A stretch of DNA of 64,000 bases from Candidatus Nanoarchaeia archaeon (lineage in GTDB: Archaea > Nanobdellota > Nanobdellia > Woesearchaeales > GW2011-AR4). Under the pieces are notes generated by a model that worked only from the letters and a program-made list of their open reading frames with translations, ran no database searches and was not told the DNA's origin. Shown here piece after piece: positions 19,498 through 29,001 of the stretch. A program made the translations under genes and the position numbers. Location of the stretch: NCBI GenBank assembly GCA_035293285.1, contig DATDOM010000082.1:422-64421 (forward strand), read 5' to 3'. The first letter of the stretch is position 1. Every line of letters begins with the position of its first letter.

Positions 19498-20211
19498 TTA
19501 TTTGCTATTTTTCAAAATAATGATATTGCCTCTTCCTTTTTTTATTTTTTGCACAATTCCTTTGTGCTCAAGCTCGGCTATCATCAGGCTGATTTTTGCT
19601 TCTGAAAGAGGTATTTCTTTTCTTATGTCCTTTTGGGTTGCCCTTCCCCCTTCTTTTTTTATTATTTCAACTACTTTATCCAAATCACTGCCTTGCACTT
19701 GGCCGGTTTTGGGATTTTTTGCAGTCCCTGCTTTTTGGCCTGTTTTGTTTCTAAAAAACAGATAGAGGATTAAGAACAGGGCTGCAATCAGCACTATTGA
19801 AATTATGAGGGGAGAGTTAAATGCTGCTTTGTCGCTGCTTATTGTTTCTATCGGGTCCGAGTCAAAATCAACACCTATGGCCTCAACTCCTTCCTCAATG
19901 TCAGGGATTAGTATAAGGTCAAGCACGTAGGCGCCTTCCTGCCTGACGCTTATGTTTTCTTCTGAATATGCAACTATTGTATTTTTTTGGAGCATCTTTG
20001 CCTTGATTGAATAGAATCCGTAAGGCACATTAAATGAGTAAGAGCCGTTTTGGGCGACAAAGAACTGCCTTGGGTTTGTGTCTATCTCAACCATTGCATT
20101 TTGGACTTTTTTAAGTGAAGTGTCATAAACCGTTCCGTAAATTGTTGCGGCCATTGAGCTGTTTACTAAAACCAAAGCAAGAAAGCACATAATGGCAATT
20201 TTTCCAAGCAT
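19498..20211 (-). CDS. Membrane-tethered winged-HTH protein (COG2512-like) with an extracellular carboxypeptidase-regulatory-like domain
   Basis: Signal peptide, then a beta-sandwich-like ATIYGTVYD...NGSYSFNVPYGFYSIKA. TM PLIISIVLIAALFLILYLFF. Cytoplasmic wHTH ATQKDIRKEIPLSEAKISLMIAELEHKGIVQKIKKGRGNII. Confidence 0.6.
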   Translation of the reverse strand: MLGKIAIMCFLALVLVNSSMAATIYGTVYDTSLKKVQNAMVEIDTNPRQFFVAQNGSYSFNVPYGFYSIKAKMLQKNTIVAYSEENISVRQEGAYVLDLILIPDIEEGVEAIGVDFDSDPIETISSDKAAFNSPLIISIVLIAALFLILYLFFRNKTGQKAGTAKNPKTGQVQGSDLDKVVEIIKKEGGRATQKDIRKEIPLSEAKISLMIAELEHKGIVQKIKKGRGNIIILKNSK

Positions 20212-20479
20212 AGATGATGTGATTTTTTTGAGGATATAAAAATATTTTGAAATTTTGAAAAATTATAAGGCTTGAAAAAGTTTAAAGTGAGCTATACCAT
20301 CCCTTTAAAGTAAAATAAGGTAAAATAAAGCTTTGTAAAGCTTTAAATGCCAGATTAAAGCATGAAAAATCCCAATTAAAAAGTTTGTTTATAAACAAGA
20401 CATACATTCCATCATTGTTGATTTTGAAACCAAAGCCAACAATCAGATTAAAAAAATAAATCAAACGGAGGAAAATAAA

Positions 20480-21700
20480 ATGAAAAAATTAACAGCAATC
20501 GGATTGGTTGTTATGTTTTTAGTCAGTCTTGTACCAATTGCTTTCGCTGAAAGCGGCCCGGGAAAACTCGGAATAAGGGACAATCTTGAGGATATAAGAG
20601 ACTCAAAAGAGGATATACTGGATGCAAAGGAAGACATACGGGACAAGTCTCAAATTGATGTTGCTGCCTGCATTAAAAAATGCAATGGCACAAATAATAC
20701 AAACTCAACAAGCTGCGAGGCAAGGTGCAAAGCTGCCGACAGATTTGAAGACAGGCTTGATTCCCAGGAAGACAGGTCTGACAGGAGAGAGGATAGGAGA
20801 GAAGACAGACGAGAGGACAGAATTGGCCACTTAGTAAAGATTAGGGGAATTGGTGAATTAAAGCTAAGGCAGATTTCAAAGGAAGATAAGGAGAAAATAA
20901 AGATGAAGTTTGACGAGGCAAAAGACAAGTTTGACGAGGCAAAAGACAAGCTAAAAGACGCAAGAGATGAGCTAAAAGATGCAGTAAAAAAAGGCGACAA
21001 AAACCAGACAATAAACTCATCAAAGGAGTATCTGCTTAACAGCGTTGATGTAATGATTAACCAGCTTGGCAAGATAAAAACCAAAGTTCAGGAAAATGAG
21101 AACATTGGAGATGACTTGCAGGCAAACATCACTGCTGAAATTGATGTGCAGATAACTGAGCTTAACCAGATTAAGACTGATATAAACAATGCAACTACAA
21201 AAGAACAGCTGAAAGACATTGCAAAAAAATTAAGGGCAAAGTGGAACAGGCTTAAGCACTTAATAGAACTGCATTCCTACAGAGTTGTCTCGGCAAGAGT
21301 AAGGGGCATTGTAAACCAGGGACTTGTGCTTGAAAAAAGACTTGACAATGCACTTGACAAGCTTGAACAGAGCGGAAAAAATGTCAGTGTTGATTCAGAG
21401 GTTGCATCATTCAAGCAGCACATAAATGATTCAAGGAACTTTTACATACAGGCGCAGGAAAAGTTCAAGATGGTGCTTGATTTGAGGGCTGGAGGAGAAC
21501 CTGCTGAGAGCGAACAGATTAAGACGCTGATGCAGGAAGCAAATGACTTGCTTAAGCAATCAAGGGACGCACTAAAAGATGCTTTAAGTGATCTTAAGGG
21601 AATTATTCAGAAGATAAAGGGAGCAGATTCAAGCATCGACCTTTCAGTCGAAACTGAGATTGAAGTCGAGACACTGAGCGACCCTGCCGAATCGTCATAA
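20480..21700 (+). CDS. Secreted coiled-coil protein with charged tandem repeats
   Basis: Signal peptide MKKLTAIGLVVMFLVSLVPIAFA. EDRREDRREDRREDR and KFDEAKDKFDEAKDK repeats. A long heptad-like region. Confidence 0.55.
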   Translation: MKKLTAIGLVVMFLVSLVPIAFAESGPGKLGIRDNLEDIRDSKEDILDAKEDIRDKSQIDVAACIKKCNGTNNTNSTSCEARCKAADRFEDRLDSQEDRSDRREDRREDRREDRIGHLVKIRGIGELKLRQISKEDKEKIKMKFDEAKDKFDEAKDKLKDARDELKDAVKKGDKNQTINSSKEYLLNSVDVMINQLGKIKTKVQENENIGDDLQANITAEIDVQITELNQIKTDINNATTKEQLKDIAKKLRAKWNRLKHLIELHSYRVVSARVRGIVNQGLVLEKRLDNALDKLEQSGKNVSVDSEVASFKQHINDSRNFYIQAQEKFKMVLDLRAGGEPAESEQIKTLMQEANDLLKQSRDALKDALSDLKGIIQKIKGADSSIDLSVETEIEVETLSDPAESS

Positions 21701-21724
21701 GGCAACTTGAAGAACGCAGACAAT

Positions 21725-21759
21725 GGGCAAAAGCCCAAATTTTTTCTTTTATTTTTTTT
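21725..21759 (+). terminator. Putative terminator: GGGC-AAAA-GCCC hairpin followed by T-tracts
   Basis: Hairpin at 21725-21736 followed by TTTTTTCTTTTATTTTTTTT, directly after the stop of the coiled-coil gene. Archaeal termination uses oligo-T. Confidence 0.4.
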
Positions 21760-21811
21760 GATTAAGAAAAATTTAAATAGGAACAAAATTTATGAAGCAA
21801 GGTGAGTCTTA

Positions 21812-22054
21812 ATGAAAAAAATTTTAATTATCGCTTTTGTATTGATGATTGTAGTTTTGGCCGCGTGCCAAAAGCAGGCTGCTGAAGTGAAAAAACAGGA
21901 TACTTCCGGTGATTCTGCCGCTTCGCAGGCATCAGACAAGGCAGTTGACAGCATAGGCACAGACATTAATAATGTTGACAGCATTGATGCTGAATTAAGC
22001 ACAGATGAATTAAACGACATGGATGCCGGCCTGTCTGATGTTGAGAATATCTAG
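21812..22054 (+). CDS. Small acidic lipoprotein
   Basis: Lipobox VVLAAC after a hydrophobic signal. TTTAAATA box at 21772-21779 and an AAGGTGAG Shine-Dalgarno sequence upstream. Confidence 0.5.
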   Translation: MKKILIIAFVLMIVVLAACQKQAAEVKKQDTSGDSAASQASDKAVDSIGTDINNVDSIDAELSTDELNDMDAGLSDVENI

Positions 22055-22087
22055 ATTTTTATATTTTGACTTTTTCTTTTTTGTTTT

Positions 22088-23182
22088 ATGATAAAAATTG
22101 ACGGTTCGTATCTTGAAGGAGGAGGACAGATTGTGAGGACTGCGCTTGCAATTTCCACAATAGCAAAAAAGCCGTTTGAAGTTTATGACATAAGAAAGGG
22201 CAGAAAAGAGCCGGGGCTGAAAAACCAGCACCTTTACTGCATTAAGGCATTAAAGCAGTTATGCTCGGCTGTTTGCGAAGGAGATGAATTAGGTTCAACT
22301 TCGATAAAATATTATCCAAAAAAGATAACTTCAAAAAACCTTCATGTAGACATAGAGACTGCCGGTTCAATAACCCTGCTTATGCAGGCGGTGCTTATTC
22401 CGTCAATTTTTGTGAGCAAACCGATAAAGATTTCGCTTATTGGAGGGACTGATGTTAACTGGAGCATGAGCTTTGATTATTTTTCAAGTGTTATTTTGCC
22501 CCAAGTGCAAAGGTTTGCAAAAGTCGAGGCAAAACTCCTAAGGCGAGGATATTATCCGAAAGGAGGAGGGAAAATAGAGATTAAGATAAATCCGAAATTC
22601 AAGCTAAATGATTTTGACAGTTTTGAAGAATTTTTGGGAAAATTGAGAGAAAGCGTCAGGACTTTTGATTTGACTGAGCAGCATCATTTAATACAAATAA
22701 AAGGAGTTTCCCACGCATCAATTGATTTGCAAAAGGCAGAAGTTTCAGAAAGGCAGACAAAGGCTGCAAAACAGATTTTAATGCAGAAATTTGAAGTTCC
22801 AATTAATATTACAGCTGAATATCAGGATACATTATCAACAGGCTCAGGGATTACTTTATGGGCAATTTTTTCTAAGAATAAAGATGACATTGATGAGATA
22901 AATCCAATAAGAATTGGCTCAGATTGCCTTGGAGAAAGGGGCAAAAAATCAGAGGATGTCGGGCAGGAATGCGCGAGAAATCTGATAAGAGAAATCGAAT
23001 CTGGCGCGCCAGTTGACAGGCATCTTTCTGACCAGCTGGTTCCTTTTCTTGCATTGATTGGAGGTAAAATAAAGACTTCTGGAATTACTGACCACTGCAA
23101 AACAAATATTTATGCTGTAGAGCAGTTTTTTGGCAAGGTTTTTGAGGTAGATGAGGGGAATAATATAATATCAATAAAATAA
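22088..23182 (+). CDS. rtcA: RNA 3'-terminal phosphate cyclase
   Basis: IDGSYLEGGGQIVRTALAIS N-terminal signature. Length and overall layout are typical of RtcA. Confidence 0.85.
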   Translation: MIKIDGSYLEGGGQIVRTALAISTIAKKPFEVYDIRKGRKEPGLKNQHLYCIKALKQLCSAVCEGDELGSTSIKYYPKKITSKNLHVDIETAGSITLLMQAVLIPSIFVSKPIKISLIGGTDVNWSMSFDYFSSVILPQVQRFAKVEAKLLRRGYYPKGGGKIEIKINPKFKLNDFDSFEEFLGKLRESVRTFDLTEQHHLIQIKGVSHASIDLQKAEVSERQTKAAKQILMQKFEVPINITAEYQDTLSTGSGITLWAIFSKNKDDIDEINPIRIGSDCLGERGKKSEDVGQECARNLIREIESGAPVDRHLSDQLVPFLALIGGKIKTSGITDHCKTNIYAVEQFFGKVFEVDEGNNIISIK

Positions 23183-23183
23183 G

Positions 23184-24779
23184 TCAAAATTTAGGCTCTT
23201 GATACTCCCCATAATGATTTCTGAATACATCACAAATTTCGCCGAGCGTTGCATCGTTTCTGACGCAATTTAATATCGATGGCATCAGGTTTTCCGCGAT
23301 TTTGGCAGAACTTAAAAGCTGCTCAAGTGAACTTTGAACAGCGGAATTATCTCTTCTTTCTCGAAGTTTACCGAGGCTGACTATTTGTTCCTTCTCAACA
23401 GAATCATCAATTTTGAGTATGGGTATCTGAGTTTCGTTTTCTAAAATATAATCATTAACCCCTACAATAGTCCTATCTCCTGCCTCAAATTCTCTTTGCT
23501 GGTCGTAAGATGCGTCTTGTATTTCTCTTTGCGGAAAACCTTTTTCTATTGCAGCAACCATCCCTCCCAAAGAATCTAACTTTTCAAAATAGCTTCTACA
23601 TCCAATTATGAAATCCTGGGTTAATCTCTCAATAAAATAAGAACCTGCCAATGGATCAACCGTGTTTGTAACTCCTGTTTCATGAGCTATTATTTGCTGG
23701 GTTCTAAGCGCAATTCTTGCTGCGTTTTCTGTCGGCAAGGCGAGAGTTTCGTCAAGTGAATTTGCATGATGTGACTGGGTGCTCCCAAGAGCCCCTGCAA
23801 GTGTCTGAATAGCTACTCTAACTATGTTATTGTATGGCTGCTGCGCTGTTAAAGAAACCCCTGCAGTTTGGGAATGGAATCTAAGCTGTGCTGATTTAGG
23901 GTCTTTTGCCCCAAACCTTTCTGTCATAATTTCATACCAGAGAGGCCTAGCTGCCCTGAATTTAGCAATTTCCTCAAAAAAATCGTTATGAACATCAAAA
24001 AAGAAAGATATTCTTGGAGCAAAATCATCGACTTTGAGTCCCCTGTTCAAAGCCCATTTTACATATTCTATTCCGTCATAAAGTGTAAAAGCCAATTCCT
24101 GAAGTGCTGTTGAGCCTGCTTCCCTGATATGGTATCCGCTAACAGAAATCGTATTCCATTTCGGAACATATTTGCTTCCAAATTCCATTGTGTCAACGAC
24201 AAACTTCATGGAAGGTTTTGGCGAGCATATCCACTCTTTTTGTGCAATGTATTCTTTTAGAATGTCGTTTTGAAGTGTTCCGTTTAATTTTTCCCAAGAC
24301 ACTCCCTGTTTTTCTGCAACAGCCAAGTACATCGCCCAAATCACGGCCGCAGGGGCGTTTATAGTCATTGATGTGCTAACTTTATCAAGTGGAATTCCGT
24401 GAAGAAGTTTTTCCATGTCATAAAGTGAGTTTATTGAAACACCACATTTTCCAACTTCACCTTCAGAAAACTTATGGTCCGAGTCGTAGCCGTATAATGT
24501 TGGAAGGTCAAAAGCAATTGACAATCCTGTTTGGCCGTTAGCAAGCAAATATTTGAAGCGTTCGTTTGTATCTTCTGGAGTGCCAAATCCTGTAAATTGC
24601 CTCATTGTCCACAGTTTAGTTCTATACCCTTCTTTGTGAATCCCCCTTCTGTAAGGCGGCTGTCCAGGTTCTCCTATATCCTTACCATAATCTATGTCCC
24701 GAACATCATCTGGAGTGTATACTCTATTAATCTGAGTGCCAGAAATAGTTGTAAAAATTTGTTTTCTTTCAGCCATCAA
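23184..24779 (-). CDS. Methylmalonyl-CoA mutase, large (catalytic TIM-barrel) subunit
   Basis: [35 protein letters not shown] and the downstream MCM core. No B12-binding domain in this ORF or in its neighbours. Confidence 0.85.
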   Translation of the reverse strand: MMAERKQIFTTISGTQINRVYTPDDVRDIDYGKDIGEPGQPPYRRGIHKEGYRTKLWTMRQFTGFGTPEDTNERFKYLLANGQTGLSIAFDLPTLYGYDSDHKFSEGEVGKCGVSINSLYDMEKLLHGIPLDKVSTSMTINAPAAVIWAMYLAVAEKQGVSWEKLNGTLQNDILKEYIAQKEWICSPKPSMKFVVDTMEFGSKYVPKWNTISVSGYHIREAGSTALQELAFTLYDGIEYVKWALNRGLKVDDFAPRISFFFDVHNDFFEEIAKFRAARPLWYEIMTERFGAKDPKSAQLRFHSQTAGVSLTAQQPYNNIVRVAIQTLAGALGSTQSHHANSLDETLALPTENAARIALRTQQIIAHETGVTNTVDPLAGSYFIERLTQDFIIGCRSYFEKLDSLGGMVAAIEKGFPQREIQDASYDQQREFEAGDRTIVGVNDYILENETQIPILKIDDSVEKEQIVSLGKLRERRDNSAVQSSLEQLLSSAKIAENLMPSILNCVRNDATLGEICDVFRNHYGEYQEPKF

Positions 24780-24867
24780 TAGTACGATTTAAATCAGATT
24801 TAATAATTTTATGATACTCATTATCAAAACAACAACCTTTTTAAACCAAATTCTTATCCCACGTAGT

Positions 24868-25041
24868 ATGACAAAACAATCATTATGCATCTCGTGCAGC
24901 AAAAGAATCACAAATACAATCGGCTCGACTAAATTCATGTGCCCAAAATGCGCAAAGAACGAGATTGTAAGGTGCGACCACTGCAGGCAGATTGCGGCAA
25001 AGTATTCATGCACCTCGTGCGGCTTTGAAGGGCCAAACTAG
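24868..25041 (+). CDS. Zn-ribbon protein (COG2888-like, usual neighbour of aEF-1beta)
   Basis: Four CxxC pairs (CISC, CPKC, CDHC, CTSC). Start taken at MTKQSL. Conserved archaeal synteny with ef1b. Confidence 0.6.
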   Translation: MTKQSLCISCSKRITNTIGSTKFMCPKCAKNEIVRCDHCRQIAAKYSCTSCGFEGPN

Positions 25042-25051
25042 AATTCTTAAA

Positions 25052-25327
25052 ATGGCAGACATAGTTGTTACATTAAGGATTATGCCTAGCAGCCCTGAGG
25101 CTGATTTGCACAGCATTGAAACTAACGCAAAGAAGGAAATTGTGCACTTTTGCAATTCAGAGGAGTTCAAAACAAACATACAGCCAATAGCATTTGGGCT
25201 AAAAGCCGTTGAGATTTTATTTGTAATGGATGAAAAAATAGGCTCAACTGAAGCTCTTGAAGAAAAGATAAAACACATTGAAAATGTCGAGTCTGTTGAA
25301 GTGACTGATGTGAGAAGGACTGTTTAA
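25052..25327 (+). CDS. ef1b: Translation elongation factor aEF-1 beta
   Basis: MADIVVTLRIMPSSPE...IAFGLKAVEILFVMDE...VESVEVTDVRR, about 91 aa. Start taken at the internal MADIVV of ORF 24992-25327. Confidence 0.8.
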   Translation: MADIVVTLRIMPSSPEADLHSIETNAKKEIVHFCNSEEFKTNIQPIAFGLKAVEILFVMDEKIGSTEALEEKIKHIENVESVEVTDVRRTV

Positions 25328-25348
25328 TTCGATATTTTTTAGCTAAAA

Positions 25349-26425
25349 TTAATTTCTTAGTTTAAGGATTTTTACAAGTTTTTTTTCTGAAATATTGCTC
25401 CTTACTGCGCTTCCCTTAAAGTGGGTCCCGCTTGCAGGATATCTGAGTTTTTTTGCCTTTTCTATGATGAATTGTTTTTTTGGAGGGTTTTTCAACTTAT
25501 ATTTGCTGCAAAGCTCATTAATATCATGAAATCCTACACAGGCAATCTTTGATTCGTCTTTTATGACCCTTAACAAGTCCATTAGACCCTTATTTTTGCT
25601 AAATATTATATCTTTTGCCGCATTATTGTAAATTTTGACTGCCAATTTTGAATCCCATAATTGTCCTGCCCATAAAGGCCCGGCGTCTTTGAAATAATCA
25701 TGCTGTTTCAATATTTCGTCTACTGAAGTTTTTCCTTTTGTGTTTGAAAAGAAAATTCTCATGTAGTGCTCTTTTGAGTATGAAAAAATAGGGACAAGAG
25801 CTTTGTCGTATTGGGCACCAATTAGCTGGACTTTTCTTATCAGTATTCTTAATCCAATTTCGTGCATCAGGTAATTATTACTTGGCACTGCCCAGTATTT
25901 TCTAATGCATGCGTCTTTATACGTGCCGCATAATGGGGCTGTGTCAGTTGCAGTCACTGCCAAAATTCCTTCTCTTGAAATTCTTTTGCATGCTGAGTCA
26001 AGAAATGGATTCGGAGTTCCAAATGGGTCTATGTCGATATAGTCGAATCCCATTGAATTTAACAGGAATAAATTTGCCTCTTCATTTATTATTTGTATTT
26101 TTTTGCTTTCTTTCCATTTTATTTTATTGAGCTCTAAATTAGATTTTATTAGTTTTATTGCATCTTTGCTGTAATCGTTGACTGTGATGTTTTTTATCTT
26201 GCCTTTTTTTAATTCTTTTAGAAACCTTATTGATCTTATTCCTGAAGCCGCAAGAGGGTCTGCAATCTGCATGCTCTTATTTTCCATTGAGTTTAGCAAG
26301 AGAACTGAAATGTCCCTGTTTTGCTGCATCACCGGGTTATAGAAAACACCCATATCTTTTGAAACTTTTTCTGCAAGCGGGATTTTCAGCCTAGCTTTTC
26401 CTTCCTGGATTATTTTATAGTTCAT
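25349..26425 (-). CDS. trm1: tRNA (guanine26-N2)-dimethyltransferase Trm1
   Basis: IIQEGKARLKIP...VFYNPVMQQNRDISV...DPLAASGIRSIRF...IDIDPFGTP motifs. Confidence 0.85.
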   Translation of the reverse strand: MNYKIIQEGKARLKIPLAEKVSKDMGVFYNPVMQQNRDISVLLLNSMENKSMQIADPLAASGIRSIRFLKELKKGKIKNITVNDYSKDAIKLIKSNLELNKIKWKESKKIQIINEEANLFLLNSMGFDYIDIDPFGTPNPFLDSACKRISREGILAVTATDTAPLCGTYKDACIRKYWAVPSNNYLMHEIGLRILIRKVQLIGAQYDKALVPIFSYSKEHYMRIFFSNTKGKTSVDEILKQHDYFKDAGPLWAGQLWDSKLAVKIYNNAAKDIIFSKNKGLMDLLRVIKDESKIACVGFHDINELCSKYKLKNPPKKQFIIEKAKKLRYPASGTHFKGSAVRSNISEKKLVKILKLRN

Positions 26426-26503
26426 AATCAAAAACAAATTTCTTATTATTTAACTCTTTTCATTGTAAGGTGAAATTTAATATTAACTTTGAATAAATTT
26501 TAA

Positions 26504-26697
26504 GTCATGTTTAGGCCTCGCCAATAGCTCGGCATACATTTTATCTGCAAGTTGCACAACTCACCTGCATTACGGCGAGAGTTAATGGAATTATAAAATC
26601 CGTTTAAAGAAGCAACTCACGCAATGCGACGTGGTAGCTTTATGTATGCGCGCCAAATGCGGCGCGCCTAGAATCCGCGAAGCATCTTTTAGTTAAC
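26504..26697 (+). repeat. GC-rich multi-hairpin intergenic element, copy B (full, palindromic layout)
   Basis: GTCATGTTTAGGCCTCGCCAATAGCTCGGCATACAT, then GCACAACTCACC..CGGCGAGAGTTAAT. Inverted module ATGTATGCGCGCCAAATGCGGCGCGCCTAG (hairpin at 26648-26667). Right end CCGCGAAGCATCTTTTAGTTAAC. Confidence 0.65.
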
Positions 26698-26774
26698 AGA
26701 TTTAGTCAGAATGAAAATCGAAATTTAACTTTGCACAACGTTTAAAAACAAAGTTGATTTACTTTTCACTTAAA

Positions 26775-28538
26775 ATGCTGAGGCAATTGATAATAACTGT
26801 AATGGGGAACGTGGATGCAGGCAAGACGCAGCTGCTTGACTCTATAAGAAAGACTTCCGTTGTTGAATCGGAGCCCGGTAAGATTACACAGTGCATAGGC
26901 TGCTCTACAATTACAATGGATTCAATAAAAAGAATCTGTGGAAGCCTGCTTGAAAAAAGCAAGATGGAGATGAAGATACCTGGATTCATAATTCTTGACA
27001 CTCCAGGCCACGCAAGCTTCACAAGCCTCAGGAAAAGAGGAGGAAACTTGGCGGACATTGCAATACTTGTCATTGACATAAATGAAGGAGTAAAGCCTCA
27101 GACAATCGAGTGCATAGAAATTCTCAAGAATTACAAGACCCCATTTGTTATTGCATTAAACAAGCTTGATTTGCTCGTCGGATGGCAGACTCATAAAGAT
27201 ATGAATTTAGTGCAGAGCATACAAAACCAAAATGAAAGCGCCGTCATGCTGATTGAAAAAAAGCTTTACGAAGTTGTGGGAAAGCTGAGCGAGTACGGAT
27301 TAAATGCCGACAGGTTTGACAGGGTTTCTGATTACACAAAACAGATTGCAATAATACCCATTTCTGCAAAAACAGAAGAAGGATTTGCAGAACTTCTGAT
27401 GGTAATAACCGGCCTGTCACAAAAATTTCTTGAAGAAAACCTGAAAGTAAATGTGGACGGGCGTGCAAAAGGAACTGTGATTGAAGTCAAGGAAGAAAAG
27501 GGACTTGGCACTACAATGGACGTGATAATTTACGACGGCAGGCTAAAATACGGTGATACTATAGTAATTGGTTCGCTATCTGATCCAGTTGTTACGAAAG
27601 TCAAGACAATGTTTGAGCCTGCAGCCCTTTCTGAAATGCGCGACAAGAAAACAAAATTCAAGTCAGTAAAAGAAGTTATTGCTGCTACTGGCGTCAAGAT
27701 TTCTGCGCCAGGAATGGAAAATGTTGTTGCAGGAATGCCACTAAGAAGCTGCGAGCCCAATGAAGTTGAAAAAGTCAAAGAAGAACTGAAAAAAGAAGTG
27801 GAAGAGGTTTTGATACAAACTGACAATCAGGGAATTGTGGTAAAGGCTGATTCTCTTGGCTCGCTTGAAGCGGTAATCAAGCTTTTTAAAGAAAAAAATA
27901 TTGACATAAAGAAAGCATCAATTGGCAATATCTCAAAAAAGGACATGTCAGATGCCGAGTCAAGTTATGACAAAGACCCGCTTCACTCCTGCATTATTGG
28001 ATTTAATGTTTCAATGAACCAGGATTTAAAGGCAAATGAAAAAGTTAAGATGATATTCAACAATGTAATTTACAAACTAATTGAAGATTTTGAAAAGTGG
28101 GAAAGTGAGACGAGAAAAATGCTTGAGGCAAAAGAAATCCAGTTTTTGCAAAAGCCCTGCAAAGTCATGATTATGAAAGGATATGTATTTAGGCAAAACA
28201 ATCCTGCAATTGCAGGAACTGAAGTGCTCTTGGGAACTTTGCAGACTGGAACTCAGCTGATGAAAAAAGACGGAATTCCATTAACAGAAGTCAAAGGCAT
28301 GCAAAAAGAGCAGGAGAACTTAAGCTCTGCGGCAAAAGGAATGCAGATAGCAGTTTCAATGCCAAATGTTACAATTGGAAGACAGCTTTTGGAAGGGGAT
28401 ATATTATATTCTTTTGTGACTGAAGATAATTTCCGCAAATTCAAGGAATTCAAGAAATATCTTTCGCAGGAAGAGATAGTGGTCTTAAGGGAGATTGCAG
28501 AAATAATGCGTAAAAGCAATCCTATGTGGGGGATTTGA
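26775..28538 (+). CDS. infB: Translation initiation factor aIF5B (IF-2 family GTPase)
   Basis: G1 VMGNVDAGKT, G3 DTPGH, G4 NKLD and the aIF5B domain order. ATG 26775 preferred over TTG 26754. A TTTAAAAA box lies about 26 nt upstream. Confidence 0.85.
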   Translation: MLRQLIITVMGNVDAGKTQLLDSIRKTSVVESEPGKITQCIGCSTITMDSIKRICGSLLEKSKMEMKIPGFIILDTPGHASFTSLRKRGGNLADIAILVIDINEGVKPQTIECIEILKNYKTPFVIALNKLDLLVGWQTHKDMNLVQSIQNQNESAVMLIEKKLYEVVGKLSEYGLNADRFDRVSDYTKQIAIIPISAKTEEGFAELLMVITGLSQKFLEENLKVNVDGRAKGTVIEVKEEKGLGTTMDVIIYDGRLKYGDTIVIGSLSDPVVTKVKTMFEPAALSEMRDKKTKFKSVKEVIAATGVKISAPGMENVVAGMPLRSCEPNEVEKVKEELKKEVEEVLIQTDNQGIVVKADSLGSLEAVIKLFKEKNIDIKKASIGNISKKDMSDAESSYDKDPLHSCIIGFNVSMNQDLKANEKVKMIFNNVIYKLIEDFEKWESETRKMLEAKEIQFLQKPCKVMIMKGYVFRQNNPAIAGTEVLLGTLQTGTQLMKKDGIPLTEVKGMQKEQENLSSAAKGMQIAVSMPNVTIGRQLLEGDILYSFVTEDNFRKFKEFKKYLSQEEIVVLREIAEIMRKSNPMWGI

Positions 28539-28542
28539 ATCA

Positions 28543-29001
28543 ATGCAACAATTAAAAATATTAAACAGCAAGGAAATAAAGGAAGTGACCAAGCTCATTG
28601 GGGATCAATGGGATTCTGACTTAAAACTTGATTATGGATTTTTGAAGAGTGCTAAAAACAGGATTTTTCTTATAAACAAGGAAATATCCAAAATTGATTT
28701 AACAAAATTGAGGATTAATAGTATGGGGATGTACTTCTGCGAGCTTGATGAAAGGGGAATAAGGCTAAGCATTGAAGGCAGCCAGCTTATTGGCCCTCAT
28801 GCCAAAAAAAATGTTGTTGAAATCAACTCACTTGAATCAAGAAACTGGCTCAGGGGAGAGGATTTGGAAAAAGAGTGCTTAAGCATAAGCGGCTCAGTCA
28901 TAATAAAAAATAAAAATGATTTTCTAGGCTGCGGAAAATATAATAACGGAAAAATCCTTAATTTTGTAAGCAAGACAAGAAGGATAAGCAGTAAGGATTA
29001 G
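28543..29001 (+). CDS. Small RNA-binding protein, Nip7/PUA-like
   Basis: 152 aa. The C-terminal half (GIRLSIEGSQLIG...NWLRGEDL...GSVIIKNKNDFLGCGKY) resembles PUA-domain Nip7/UPF0113 proteins. Confidence 0.4.
   Translation: MQQLKILNSKEIKEVTKLIGDQWDSDLKLDYGFLKSAKNRIFLINKEISKIDLTKLRINSMGMYFCELDERGIRLSIEGSQLIGPHAKKNVVEINSLESRNWLRGEDLEKECLSISGSVIIKNKNDFLGCGKYNNGKILNFVSKTRRISSKD

Noticed and set aside
24811-25060. Overlapping long N-terminal extensions of the Zn-ribbon and aEF-1beta ORFs (and similar extensions at 18595-19128, 39980-40027, 53522-53611, 60491-60610, 2022-2066).
   Set aside because: Internal Met codons give products of canonical length, remove the overlaps and place starts behind TATA or Shine-Dalgarno-like signals. 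The extensions are read-through of upstream sequence, not real coding sequence.
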